This document shows, piece after piece, positions 40,409 to 53,295 of a stretch of DNA of 64,000 nt. Origin of the DNA: Octopus vulgaris (taxonomy: Eukaryota); NCBI GenBank assembly GCA_951406725.2, contig OX597829.1:31248001-31312000 (forward strand), written 5' to 3'. Within the stretch, counting starts at the first letter, position 1, and each line of letters starts with the position of its first letter. The notes below the pieces were generated by a model. That model worked only from the letters and a program-made list of their open reading frames with translations, was not told the DNA's origin and made no database searches. A program made the position numbers and the translations under genes.

Positions 40409-40440
<32 letters not shown>

Positions 40441-41200
40441 GATCATTTCTCTATATGCTTGTACTAAATCCCTTGCAAAGCATTCACTGCTTTCAACAGT
40501 TACTGTGTGTGTATTAATAACTTTTTGTGGTATCATGTAAAGAAATTTAGGAATTCCTAAAGAAATGGTTTAATTTCAAACTACCAGCTGTTTTAGTTGA
40601 AGATATTTTCCCTTAATTATAACATGGCATAATGTCATTATTGTTTTTGCTCCGTCAATGTTTCTTTTCATACTTTATAAAAACCCACATTCTGAAATAC
40701 ACCCTTTTTTTTTTTTTTTTTTGTGAATTCTTTGGGCATATTTTTCAAACATTCAATTGGACTTTTAAAAAATTACTACTTAACACATTTACGTTTTGCT
40801 GCCTAAAGAAAAGAATTCTTAAATATTTCAATCTTGTCAGTATTAACTTGCATTTTATACTTTTACTATTAATGCTCAAAACGTAGTTTATCCTTTTAAT
40901 TAGTGAAGATTGCAGTTACATTTTTGTCTTTTCTATTTAATGTTTGAGTGTTTTAAAATGACTTTACATTTTTTAACCATAAAAATATTGTTTAAAAATT
41001 ATGCAGTGTTTTTTCTTCTTTAAACAGTAATTTTTTTTTTGTAAGCATTAAAAAAATGTTTCAAAGATGAATTACAGATATTATTAATGTGAAATTTTGT
41101 TAGTGTATTGTATTAAAGATAACTTGTTCATCTTAAGGGTGGGGAGATTTGATAAAATTTTGAATAGAAATTATTAAAGGTAAATTAATTTTTATTACAG

Positions 41201-41341
41201 GGGAGAATGTCCACCTTAAGATTTTAGTTCCAAGTGCAGCTGCTGGAGCCATTATTGGCAAAGGTGGAGAGACAATTGCACAAGTGCAGAAAGATGCAGG
41301 AGCCAGAGTAAAGATGTCGAAAGCTAATGATCATTATCCTG
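41201..41341 (+). CDS. Nova: Nova coding exon 2 (KH1, first part)
   Basis: TTACAG|GG...CCTG|GTAACT. Reads [46 protein letters not shown] with a GKGG loop. Phase 1-1. Confidence 0.96.
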
Positions 41342-41597
41342 GTAACTATTTTCTGTTTGTGAGGACTAACACATTTTTAGGTTATTAGCTGAGAAGTGGG
41401 GGGGCATTATAATTAACAAATGAAGACATCTGGATGAATGTAGTGAGTGTTTACAATGATTGTCTATTTTATTATCTTCTAGTCAAATAAAAGAATTATG
41501 AAAATGTTTTAGATTACTGATGTGGCAAATATCTTACTTTGACTAGTTTAAGTTGAGAAATAACTGATTTTAACTATAATTTGGTATGTCTTGGTGT

Positions 41598-41628
<31 letters not shown>

Positions 41629-41922
41629 ATAAAAGCTAATCTGTTTTAAAATTGAATATGTAGACCTAAGTTGTAAATTTTTTGCATGTTTGTTTTTTTT
41701 TTTTGGCAAATTTAAATTGGACTTAGTTTAATGATATCTTAATGTATTTGCATTATTTATTGCTTAAAATATTTAATTATTTTCTGTGTATGAATAGCAT
41801 ATTTTCTTCTCTTTAAAATCATTTTATGTCATAAAAATTGGAATATATTGAGGAGGCACCACATTTTGGTGATTTATTTTATTTATTAGATTAACAGTTT
41901 GTTATTTAAAAAAAATTTCCAG

Positions 41923-42068
41923 GGACATCCGAACGAGTGTGTCTTATAACTGGTTCAGTTGAAGCTGTTAGGAAAGTCCATACTTTTATTATGGAAAAAA
42001 TCAGGGAAAAACCAGAACCTAACCCCAAATTAGATGAAAATAAAAGTACCTATGAACGGCACCGGCAG
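41923..42068 (+). CDS. Nova: Nova coding exon 3 (KH1 end plus linker)
   Basis: TTCCAG|GG...CAG|GTAATA. Reads TSERVCLITGSVEAVRKVHTFIMEKIREKPEPNPKLDENKSTYERHRQ. Phase 1-0. Confidence 0.96.
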
Positions 42069-42760
42069 GTAATAATGTTATAAATTTTCTTTTATATTAT
42101 ACATATATATATATACACAAATATATATATATACACACAATATGCACATATATATATACATATTTATGCACATTATATATACTCACATTTGTATATACAT
42201 GTTTATATATATACATTTATAAATGTGTGCATATAATTATCCCCTTTGTGTGTGAGTGTGCGTGTGTACATATATAGTTTAGAGATGTATTTAAAGTAAA
42301 TAAAATCTATGAAGACTTAATTTTAATTTTTCATATTTTTGTCTACATACTTTAATTAATTTGTGTAACTGAGAAAAAATTGGAGGAAGTGCATGAAACT
42401 GAGGAAAATCTATTCTTAGTTACCTAAGCATCTTCCTTTCCAATTTGATTGAGTCGAATCTTTTGGAATTTCTGATATATTTGAAAGTAGATTAATAATA
42501 TTGTTAAATTATATTTAACTATAGTTTTTGTTCATTTTGCTTTTTCATTTTGTTAATGCTACTAAATCAGTGGTCAGAATTAGCTCTTCTACCTCCAACC
42601 CAGGCAGCAAGAGCCCTTTATTAAATAGGCTGTCTGATAGGCTGCTATTTCCAAACTATAAAGTTTCTCTTACATCACCTTCTGATCTGCTCACTTTCCT
42701 TACTTTTTGTACATACTGAAATCCCAAAATAGGTTAAAAAGAAATCATTCTTACTTTCAG

Positions 42761-42832
42761 ACAATAGATTTAGCTGCTCCAACCCAATTTGACAGGCTCC
42801 AGCCCTCTGATAGTCTAGAACCATTTTTACAG
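42761..42832 (+). CDS. Candidate 72-nt cassette exon between KH1 and KH2 (TIDLAAPTQFDRLQPSDSLEPFLQ)
   Basis: Acceptor TCATTCTTACTTTCAG|ACA and donor TTACAG|GTCAGA. It is 24 codons, phase 0-0, matching the host intron, with no stop. Confidence 0.65.
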
Positions 42833-43793
42833 GTCAGAGAGTCCTTTGAACTTTTTGAAACCGCTAAGGTCAAGTTTTGGCCTTTTTATTTACATATGGC
42901 TGGACATTTTGTTTCAGTATTCAAGGAAATTGAAATTGTATTCCAAACCATTTATTGATGGTAATAAATGTTCAAATAAATATATAATATATATTTTGAT
43001 CTAGCTCTGAATGTATAGGAAGTTCTTACTAAAGTATGTTTACTGTGGATGAGAACTCATTTTTATATATTTAGAAATGTTAAACATTACTATATTTTAG
43101 TACAAAATTCTTAAGGATGACTTTATTTGGAAATTAAGCATGTTATTTAAGTATATATATATATATATATATATATTTTATATATATATATATATACACA
43201 CATACATATATTAGCTGGTTTTTACATGATGATCAGGTCACTGCTGCCTCCTCTTTCCAACTGCATTCAGCATGTCCAAATTAATTTAGCATTTACCTGT
43301 TTCATTTTTAAGGCTAAGACAGTTCTGCATTTTATAATAAATAACTGTTAACCACATTTGTTTGATTTGGTCCTTGATTTAGTAATGAATTATAGTTAGT
43401 TTGTTTTTTATACAGTTTGAACATTAGTCAACTAAAGATATGAAATTGTCTTATAGTATGTTATACTAATGAAATATTTATTCAAATCTCTCCAAAAATT
43501 TGCTGATAATTTTTAATTTCACAAAAAAAAAAACCTGTGGTTAACTAAATAAAAATAAGAATTTTATTAAAAAAGTTTTTCTTAAATATTTTAAAATGTA
43601 ACAGACAATAGATCATTTTTAACAAGATTAACAATTTAAATTTGGTTTGATACATATAAAGTCATTCATTTTGATCATAAAAAAATCATAATTAATTTGT
43701 AACTGAATCAAAATTAAAGCTATTTATGTATTTATTATCTAATGCTCCATGTTTGTTTTTAATTATTAATTGTTGTTTTACCAATGTTTTCAG

Positions 43794-43947
43794 GTGAAAA
43801 TCTTAGTCCCTAATAGTACTGCAGGAATGATAATTGGTAAAGGTGGCATTTATATAAAACAAATTAAGGAGGAAAGTGGAGCGTATGTGCAGATATCTCA
43901 AAAGTCAAAAGAAACAAATTTGCCAGAACGCTGTGTAACAGTTGCAG
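43794..43947 (+). CDS. Nova: Nova coding exon 4 (KH2)
   Basis: TTTTCAG|GTG...GCAG|GTGAGT. Reads [51 protein letters not shown]. Phase 0-1. Confidence 0.97.
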
Positions 43948-44640
43948 GTGAGTGCAGCCTTGTTTTAGTGTGTTTATTGTATTTTGAATTATTGTTTGAA
44001 ACTGAATTTGTGACTAGGAAACAAGTTCTCTTGTGTAGTATTATTTTTAATTTTATGCATGTATTATGAAATTGTTTGACATTTTGAAAGCTGTGTTTTG
44101 CTGTAGTGTTTTGAATTAAAACATTGTGAACTTGATGATTTGTTGTCTTGGGCAGATTTTTACTAGTGACCATCCATCTATAATAAAGTTGGACTCTTTT
44201 CTTTTTATAAATTACATTGCATTTGTTATTTAGTTGCCATAAGCCTATTTATTATATTTATATTGCAAATGACTTTGGTATATTTATCACTAAAATTTAT
44301 AAACCATTCTATATTTAAATACTTAATAGGGTGTTGGTGGGTAAATTATGAATTTCTAAGAAATTTGTTTATCTGTTCCGGACTCTGCATTTGTTGCTAC
44401 TGAATATTTCTTGTCATCTTGACTTAGAAAAACAGCTCCTAAATATTTTTATTAAATGTTTAGTATGTAGCCCTATATTATCTATTTTAGTAACTTGGCT
44501 GAAATGTTAATACATTCATTGTTTAGAAAATTATTGTAAATAAGGTAGTTTTTGTTTAATACTTTTTCTTAAATTTTAGTTAGTCTAAACTGTTTTTTTT
44601 TTCCATTTTTTTTTTTTCCTTCTCAATCTTTGTTTTGTAG

Positions 44641-45806
44641 GTGATGTTGAGTCCAACAGAAGAGCTGTTGACATGATATTACAGAAGATTGTTGAAGATC
44701 CTCAAAGTGGAAGCTGTCCAAATATCAGTTATGCAGATTACACAGGACCAGTGGCCAGTGCTAATCCTACCGGGTCCCCTTTCGCTAACACGGACTATAT
44801 ACAAAACAGAAGTACAGAGATAGGATTAGCTAATAATAACTTTGGTGCTTTTGGTTTTGGTTTTAATGGAAATGCCTTTGGAAACAATATAGGAGCTAGC
44901 ATGACGAATCTGAACTTGAATGCAGCTTTAAGTGGTGGCACTAGTAATAGCATTAACAGTACAGCTTTGGATAACATAAAAATAACTCTGCGAGGAAATG
45001 GATTTTCAGATCAAGCAACCGAAGAAATAAGTACTGCCATGAACACTTTAGCTAGCTATGGTATATTAGCTAGTATGGGTTTAGGAATGGGCAGTTTGAA
45101 TAATTTGGCAAACTTAGGAACTGGAAGCGGTCTAGGAACAGGACTGAATCTTAATTCATCTGGCTTGCAAGGCTCTAGCATGATGTCAAGTAGTACAACT
45201 TCAACCACAAGTGTGAGCAGCCCTTTCTTTAACACTACCACCAGTACTAACAGTGCTGGTAGCCTTTTTGGTCCAGTTGGCAGTGGGTCATCCGGATTAG
45301 GAAGTTCAGGCTCCACTGGAGCCAACTCTAGTCTTTTCAGTAATTCCTCTCCTAGTATTGGCAACGAAAGATATGGGGGAAGTCCAATGCTTAATGATTC
45401 ATTTGGCAATGCTGCTAATTATCCCAGCAATCCTGGGTTCACTGGAACTCCAAGCATAGCTGGCGACAGGTCTCCTAATGTTAATCAAAATTCTTTTGGC
45501 CTCGGAACTGGCATCTATAGCCCTGCTGATGACAAATCAGCCCCGGCAACTAAGCAAGAGATGGAGGTTCCGGAGACAATTGTTGGAGCTATCCTGGGAC
45601 CTGGCGGGAAAGGCATCGTGGAAATACAACAGTTCACGGGCACCAACATTCAGATTTCAAAAAAAGGAGTCTATGTACCTGGTACCCGTAATCGTGTTGT
45701 CACCATAACTGGTACTCCTAACAACATTTCCAAAGCCCAGTTATTTATCCAGCGGCGCCTCCAGCAAGAGGAAATGAAGAGGGCTCGTCAAGCTTCTACC
45801 CGTTAG
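44641..45806 (+). CDS. Nova: Nova last coding exon (KH2 end, long G/S/N-rich linker, KH3, stop)
   Basis: Long pyrimidine tract ending TTGTAG|GT. Contains KIVEDPQSGSCPNISYA..GPVASANPTGSPFA (Nova signature) and KH3 EVPETIVGAILGPGGKGIVEIQQFTGTNIQISKKG..PGTRNRVVTITG. TAG at 45804-45806. Confidence 0.97.
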
Positions 45807-46028
45807 GGTACCCTCTCCCGCCATTTCATTGCACGGAAATTCCCCCTTTTTCTTTCTTTTTTCTTTTTTTTTCTTAAATCCTCTCTCCCTCACTCTCTCA
45901 CCCATTCCTCTTTTTTTTTCTTAACTTCTCCCACTTTCATTTAAACATTTTTATTTATTTTATTTTATATTTTTTGAAATCAAATTAAACCCATCCCGAA
46001 TCCTAACCATAAATATAATTCAAACAAA

Positions 46029-46063
<35 letters not shown>

Positions 46064-46283
46064 CATATATATACATATATATATATGCACAGACACACAT
46101 ACACACGTGTGCGCGCATACATATTCATGCATATTCAAATAAGCACGCCATGTACATACATGTGTGTCTGTGTATATACGCATATAGGTGCGAGTATATA
46201 TGTATGTATATACTACACTCATACACTTTTGTGTATTTGTGTGAATATGTGTGTGTGTGTGTGTATATATATATATGTGTATA

Positions 46284-46317
<34 letters not shown>

Positions 46318-49115
46318 CAAAAATCATTTTCCTCTTTCCACAGCCTTGGAAATAGGAATAGAAAACTTAAATACATTGCCTCTCCAATTTCTAGATATAA
46401 CAAGATGAAAGCTAACCTTTTTTTCTTTATTTTTTCATCAAATTCATTCAGTATATAATTCATTTATAAATTAAATTTCAAATGCTCTAAATGAATCCCA
46501 TACAGCCTCAGAAGTGTTTAGTATCACATGCACACATACATCCATATACAATTACATACACACACACACTCACATGCATATATCTTCTCAAGGTGGGGAA
46601 AATTGAAATGCCTATGTTAATGAGCTTTTTTAGTGTTACGTTTTGTGTTTATATATATAAATGTATATATGTGTATGAATGTGTTTATGTGTTTAATTGG
46701 TATTTTTTACGTCTGTTTTCCATGCTATCATGGATTTAGATGTTCTAAATATGGATATTTTCATGAACTGTGTGACTGTGTGTGTGCCTTGTGCATTGTG
46801 TGTATATATTTGTATATGTTTGTGTGTGTATATATATGTGTATATGTATATACATACATACATACATAAATGTGCACACAGATTTTTTTGATTATATCTT
46901 TTGAGTTTTTATTTATATTAATTTAATGCTTTGAAAATATTTGTAAAAAATCAAAAATTGAAAAAAATCTATTTAAAATGTTACACTCATCGTATTCATA
47001 TTCTAGAAATAAGATACATTCTAATCTGGATATCTAATCATCAGTATGTTCTAAAATCGTTTAAGAACGTTTTGGTTTTATTTATTTATTTTTTTTTCAA
47101 ATGGAAATCATAACTTTAATGTTCAGGTCAAATTTGTTAGCTAATTGAGGCATTTATTTCTATATTTTTTAAATGTTTCTAGATTTTACATAATTTATTC
47201 AATAGCTATCTGATTGCCATATTCTCACTACAGAAAATCATCAATTTTTGTCTGATTGTCATAAACATGTTTGTGGCTGAGTTTAATGTATTCTGATAAA
47301 TCTTACATCTTATAGTGAAAAGGTTGGCTTAATTTGAATTTCTGGTAGTTGGAAAGACAAAGTGACTATTTCTGTTATTTTCTTTTTGATTCACAGAGGC
47401 TTCCCTGAATATTATGAAAATGGAATGTGGTATTGAAATATCTGTTGCAGTCTCTTCAAGCAGCTTTAAAAACTGTTTTATTGAACCAAAATAGAATTAA
47501 CTTTTCAGTGCTTAGGTCAAAATTTGTCTTTCACTGATACTTCTCATCAAGTATCAAAATATGTAGGTTGGCCTAAGATGAAAAAGAAATCTTGAGCAAG
47601 AAAGATGGTTATACCTGATTATAACATTATACATTCATTATTGTTTCATTTTGCAAAAAGAAAAATAACAAAAAAAGACAAAAAAAAGAAAAAAAATATG
47701 AAGATAAAATGTAAAAAAAAAAAATCATTCTCTTTTTATTTTCCTAATAACCTATGTTTATTATATCAATGATTTATTAACTCGTATTTCAGAGCACCTA
47801 TGTAATGAGAAATCAAAATCATCTTAATTCTATTAAAGCAATTTTTCACCCTATAGATTCCATAAAATCTCCACATATCTATCTCTAAACTCTATTTATA
47901 CCTATTTATATCCATGTATTTATATTGGTTATATCAACCTTTTTCCTTGCATAAATAACTTCTAATTTCTAAACATCTCATTATTTGATTTATATTTTCC
48001 TCATTAAAATGTTTTAGTCTCTAAATTTCAGTTCAATTGTTATAGAATTTAATATTAAAATATATATTTATATATAGTATGTATATATATGTATATATAT
48101 ATGCATACGTATATATCTTGTTGCAATGTTACAGTGATTCAGTGATTATAGTTTTCAATACTGTTGCCCTGTTTTGTAATGTACTAGTTTCTAGTAGCTC
48201 CACACATACACACACACAAAATAAAACCCATCCTTTAATGTTTGTAATTCATTTGCAGAATTTAAAATATTTACTCCATAAAGTACTTTAAGTTACACAT
48301 GCTTCTAAATAGCTCTAATTTAAATCTTGTCTGATGAGAGAAACTTTACTCTATAATAGTCTTGTACTTATATTAGATATTGAAAATATTTTAAGTATTT
48401 CTAAAAAATTTTAAGCACATTTTGTGTGTGTGTTAGTCTCTGTCTTTTAGCAAGGTGTCTCATTTCATTAGGGTTTTAGGTGAATCCTTTAGCTTAGGTT
48501 ACATAGTTAATTTTCTCTCTATTATTTTGCTATCAATATTTATTCGTGAGTGTAATCTTCACAGCATTTTATTTAACAATTGTATATGAAATGATTAATA
48601 GTTAGTCATGTGTCAGTAGATTTATACTCTTCCTTTTCATGTTGCATACATATTTTTGGAGAATTTAATTAAGGAAACAATGTAACAAAAGGCATTTTAA
48701 TGCAATTATCTTCAGGTGTTTTCTTCTGAATCTTAATATTTTAATCTTAAAAGTAGTTATGAATACACTATTTTCACAGCTTTCTAAATATGCAATCAAT
48801 TTTGAACTTTCCATTTATTTGTGCAATTACGTCATCATGATTGTACTATATTAATACTATTTTATCTTCTAAACCATGACAATATTTCATTGAAACTATG
48901 AGTATATGATATTTGGTTTCATTTAATTAGATAGTTTGATGTTACACCCCATTCTATCAGTATATTTTACTAAGGCTAATCACTGAACTATCTAGTTGTT
49001 ACATTTTTTGCATGTTAGCACATTTTATTTAATTAGAAATTACATTTTGCAAAGTGAACTCTATGCAAATATTTTGCCTTAATATTGGAAATGGTTAAGA
49101 TATATAGTCCTAGTC

Positions 49116-49155
<40 letters not shown>

Positions 49156-50028
49156 GATTTGCTAATGCAACAATTTAATGTAAAATTTCATTTTTTGAGG
49201 TATGGCTTGAAAATATCTAAAGTGAAAGAGGAAAGCAAAACATTTACAATACTAAACACTTCAAAGGCAATTATTAATTTTCCATCTATTTATTTTAAAT
49301 TGCAGTGTCATTGTTTGAATCATAGAGGCTTTGTGTTATCACCTAAGGGATATGTATATCATTTGTATATACATACACATGCATATTCTACATATACATA
49401 CATACATTCACACACATACATTTGTACCCCTCTTTCATTTTTCCTATCCCTTTAAAATCTGATATATTTTTTAAATTATCATTTCATTATTTGATTATTT
49501 TGTTTTAGGGGGCATTTACAGTTCCAAGAATGGCTGCACCTTTTTCTTCCATTTTTATGGTCAGCAGAGATATCTGGAATTATAAAGAATGATGCCTTCT
49601 GCTCATACCAACTTACAATGTGCCAGATATTTTTTATTACACAGCAAAGATGATGTACATGTTTGCATTGTATATTTAAATTTTGCAATAATATAGTTAT
49701 TCATGTGATATAATGAAAATTTTCATAAGTCTCTCTGCTAATCAGAATCAAGTAGAAAGGCTTCATAACTAGTCACAATAACTTTACTCTATACTACATA
49801 AGCACCAATAAATTGTCAAGATATGACTACTATACATCATTTTCACTCTCCCTCTAAAAAAAAAAACTAAAACTAAATAGATCTATTTAAAATGCTAACA
49901 ACATTTTGTCATAGTCTGTTAAAATTTTCCAATATTTACTTTTATATATGTATATATATATATGTATTCATGCACACATATGCACATATATACACACACA
50001 CACATACACAATGAAGCATATATGTATA

Positions 50029-50075
<47 letters not shown>

Positions 50076-52502
50076 CATATCAGGGTGTGTGTGTGTATAT
50101 ATATGTTTGTGTGTGTGTGTGTGTGTAGTTTAAAGGTGAGCAATATCTCCTCATGCTGAAAGCCGTTTGAAGCTGGCATGGTCATAACAGAAAAAGCAAT
50201 TGTTAAGTTTGCACATTTTGTTGGTCAATAATATATTTTGATATATTGCTTTTACCATTTGTTTACATGCCTGCTAATAGCAACAGCTATGCTATGAGTG
50301 CATAACGCATATTGGAAATTTATTCTTCCATGTTAACACTCATTTGATGGTTCCTTCCAATCTTTTTATATTTCTGTGCTCACTGTTCACATTTAGTTTG
50401 TATTTGCAAAATTAATCTTCAATTTTAATCTGAAGAAAAAAAATCACACAACATAGAAAAATGATTGATTCAGCTTTCACTTTATTTATGTGTGTGTGTG
50501 TGTTTGTGTGTATATGTGTTTTGTGTATATTATATATACACACATACATGCGCACACACATGTACATACCCATGCATACACATGAAGGTAGTATCATTTG
50601 ATATAGTGATTTAAGGTACAAGTTGAAAAAAAAACTGTTATTTGCACCTGACATATTTATCATTAGAAATTTCATTATATGCTATATAAATGATTATACG
50701 AAATTGGAATTGTTTATTTGAATATATAGTGCAAAAATGCTGTGTTTTTGCTATGTAATTAAAACATGTTGTGCTCAGAAATAAAAGCGGCCATTTTTTT
50801 AGGAAAGCTTTGTGAATCATACATCTGTGCATGAGTTCCAAATTGTGGAAAGACAAGAAAATGGATTTTCTCTTAATGCTGCGGTGTCACCCATGTGTGT
50901 TTGTGTGACTAATCAACCAATCACTTCCAGGTGTGTCCACTCTACTTTGCCCTCTTCTATATTCTCACAAAAGGAAAAAGTGGCATACTTACAGGGCTGT
51001 GCATCTTCGTTTTTCACTAATAGTCATACCAGAATTGGTTGCATAATGTACATTAAAACACAAGCCATTAGTCCTTGCATTGCTGTATATAATTCACCCA
51101 CAAACTCTGGCTGTAGCCATCACTCTCATGTGCCCATCTGTGACAATGCACGGATCACACTAGGAAATGTAACATGGGCACTCATTAAATTTTTTTTTAT
51201 AGTCAAGTTAACACACTAAAATATGACATTGCTCAGGCATTTGAGGAAAGTTAAAAGTTGTGAGGTCAGTGAAATATTATTTGTATTGATGATGATTATC
51301 ATTCCAAGGTTATATAATTTTTCATTTTTCCTCTTCAGACAGATGGCTTATGTAATGTCATAATATATTTTCTAGCTGTTGGATCGACATTGAAGAAGAA
51401 ACCTTTATATATTATATATTGTTTTTTTTTTTTGTTTTTTTCCCCCCTCCCCGTTAGAAAAATGTCAGCTTGAACATTATCTTCGATATTTGTTCAACTG
51501 CTTTACCTTGTATTTCTTATCTGTCACATTCAGTTTGTTACTGTTATTGTATAGTATAAATTTTTTAGGGGGTCTTGGGAAAAAAAAATTCTGCAAAATC
51601 TGTCCTATCCAAAGGAAGTAATTTTTTTTATTTAGTTTCATTTCCTTTTTCTTGTACTGCCTTAAAGGCTTAAATTATTTCATGGCAGTCATTTTTTTTT
51701 CTTTTATCCCCTCTGCCCCTCCTTTTTTGGTTGATTAGATTAACAAGCTTTTGTTTGGTAAATTGTGAGAGAAAGCAATGAAATGGAGACTTTTTTTTCT
51801 TTTTTTCTTCTCTCTATGACTTATTGAGGCTATTACTTCTGTACCACTTCGCCATAAAATTTCCATTCATGCAGGAAGAATAATTGTTCATATTGATTAT
51901 TCTTCCATCCCTTCAATCTGCCACACTATTACAAAACAATCGTAACTATTTAGCCACTACAATATTGCAATGACATATTTATTTAGGAATTTGTTGTATT
52001 CATTTTCTCCTGCAAAAAATAAACTAGCAGCTTTTTAGCCATTCTTTATTTCCATTCTCCTCCCCGCTTCTAACACTCTTTTACCCAATATTCACTTTTT
52101 CTGTTTCAATTCCAGTTACACTCATTTACTGGTTCCAGCAAGAATGTTGTGGCCATGCTGGTTACTCTTTTATCTTAGATATCAAGTTAATATTTAAATG
52201 CTATTAGCATTAGAAAGTATGTCCTCTTCATCTATAATATCTTTAGATAATGGCCTTTTAGTTTGTTTTTCTTTTCATTTGATATATTGATATTTTACTG
52301 ATGCCAAAATGGCAGAATTACTTATCTCCTTTCCCAGTTTCTTCCTAATATTTAGATGCGAAGTGCCATCTGTATTTATATGGTTTTTCTTCACATTTTC
52401 TTCTTTACCCCTTTATTTTATTTTCAAGTAGAATGTTTGATTGCCGCAATAGTTATCTATGAAAATTAATAAATCCCCACAGTCTTTTATTGTTTATACA
52501 CA

Positions 52503-52552
<50 letters not shown>

Positions 52553-52734
52553 GTGGTGTGTGTTTATATATATCTGTATATAATTTACACACACACTTTA
52601 GTGTAACAGTAAGCTGCCACAATAGTTGTCTCATTACCGTGAGTGATAGATGAACTTGATTACATGTTCTTAATTCAACTGTTTGTGTATATGTGTGAAT
52701 ATATAACATACATGTGTAACATGTTTGTGTGTGC

Positions 52735-52792
<58 letters not shown>

Positions 52793-52830
52793 AATGTTGC
52801 AAAAGGAAAATAGAAACTATATGTGGCAAT

Positions 52831-53264
52831 GTAAGGGGAAAGTAAAGAGGAAAATAAATGAAAATGAACATTGGAAATCAAAAAAAAGTCGAAGCTTTTT
52901 TTATGAAAAGTAATGAAAGATATATACAATTGGATGAACTGAGGTAGGAATAAAAGTAATAGGTCATTATTGGGAATTGTTGGAGATTTAAAAGTATAAC
53001 CGTTTCATAAATTACTAATCATTGCTTTGTATACAGGTATTCATTGCTTTGAATGCACGTCCATTCTAAGTAATGATTAGTAATTTATGAAAGTTATGCT
53101 TTTAAATCTCTTTAACAATTCACAATGATTTTTATTACTTTTATTCTTACCTCAATTCATTTAATTGTATATATCTTTTGTTATTTTTCATAAAAAAGGC
53201 ATGACTCTTTTTTTTTTATTTCCAGTGTGCATTTTCGCTTATTTTTCTTCTTGCTTACCACTAT

Positions 53265-53266
<2 letters not shown>
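52831..53266 (+). repeat. Long imperfect inverted repeat (~200-nt arms, ~38-nt loop at ~53029-53066)
   Basis: For example TTTCATAAATTACTAATCATT pairs with AATGATTAGTAATTTATGAAA, GATATATACAATT with AATTGTATATATC, and GAATAAAAGTAATA with TATTACTTTTATTC. Confidence 0.92.

Positions 53267-53295
<29 letters not shown>

Noticed and set aside
43770-44069. 99-aa ORF as a stand-alone gene
   Set aside because: Only 43794-43947 is the KH2 exon. The rest is intron read-through.
44795-45708. Antisense and alternative-frame ORFs overlapping the last Nova exon
   Set aside because: They are shadow ORFs of the true coding frame.
50812-51219. 135-aa ORF as a novel protein
   Set aside because: It has a non-ATG start and no recognisable motif. 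The region is treated instead as a YCAY-rich 3' element or possible alternative exon.
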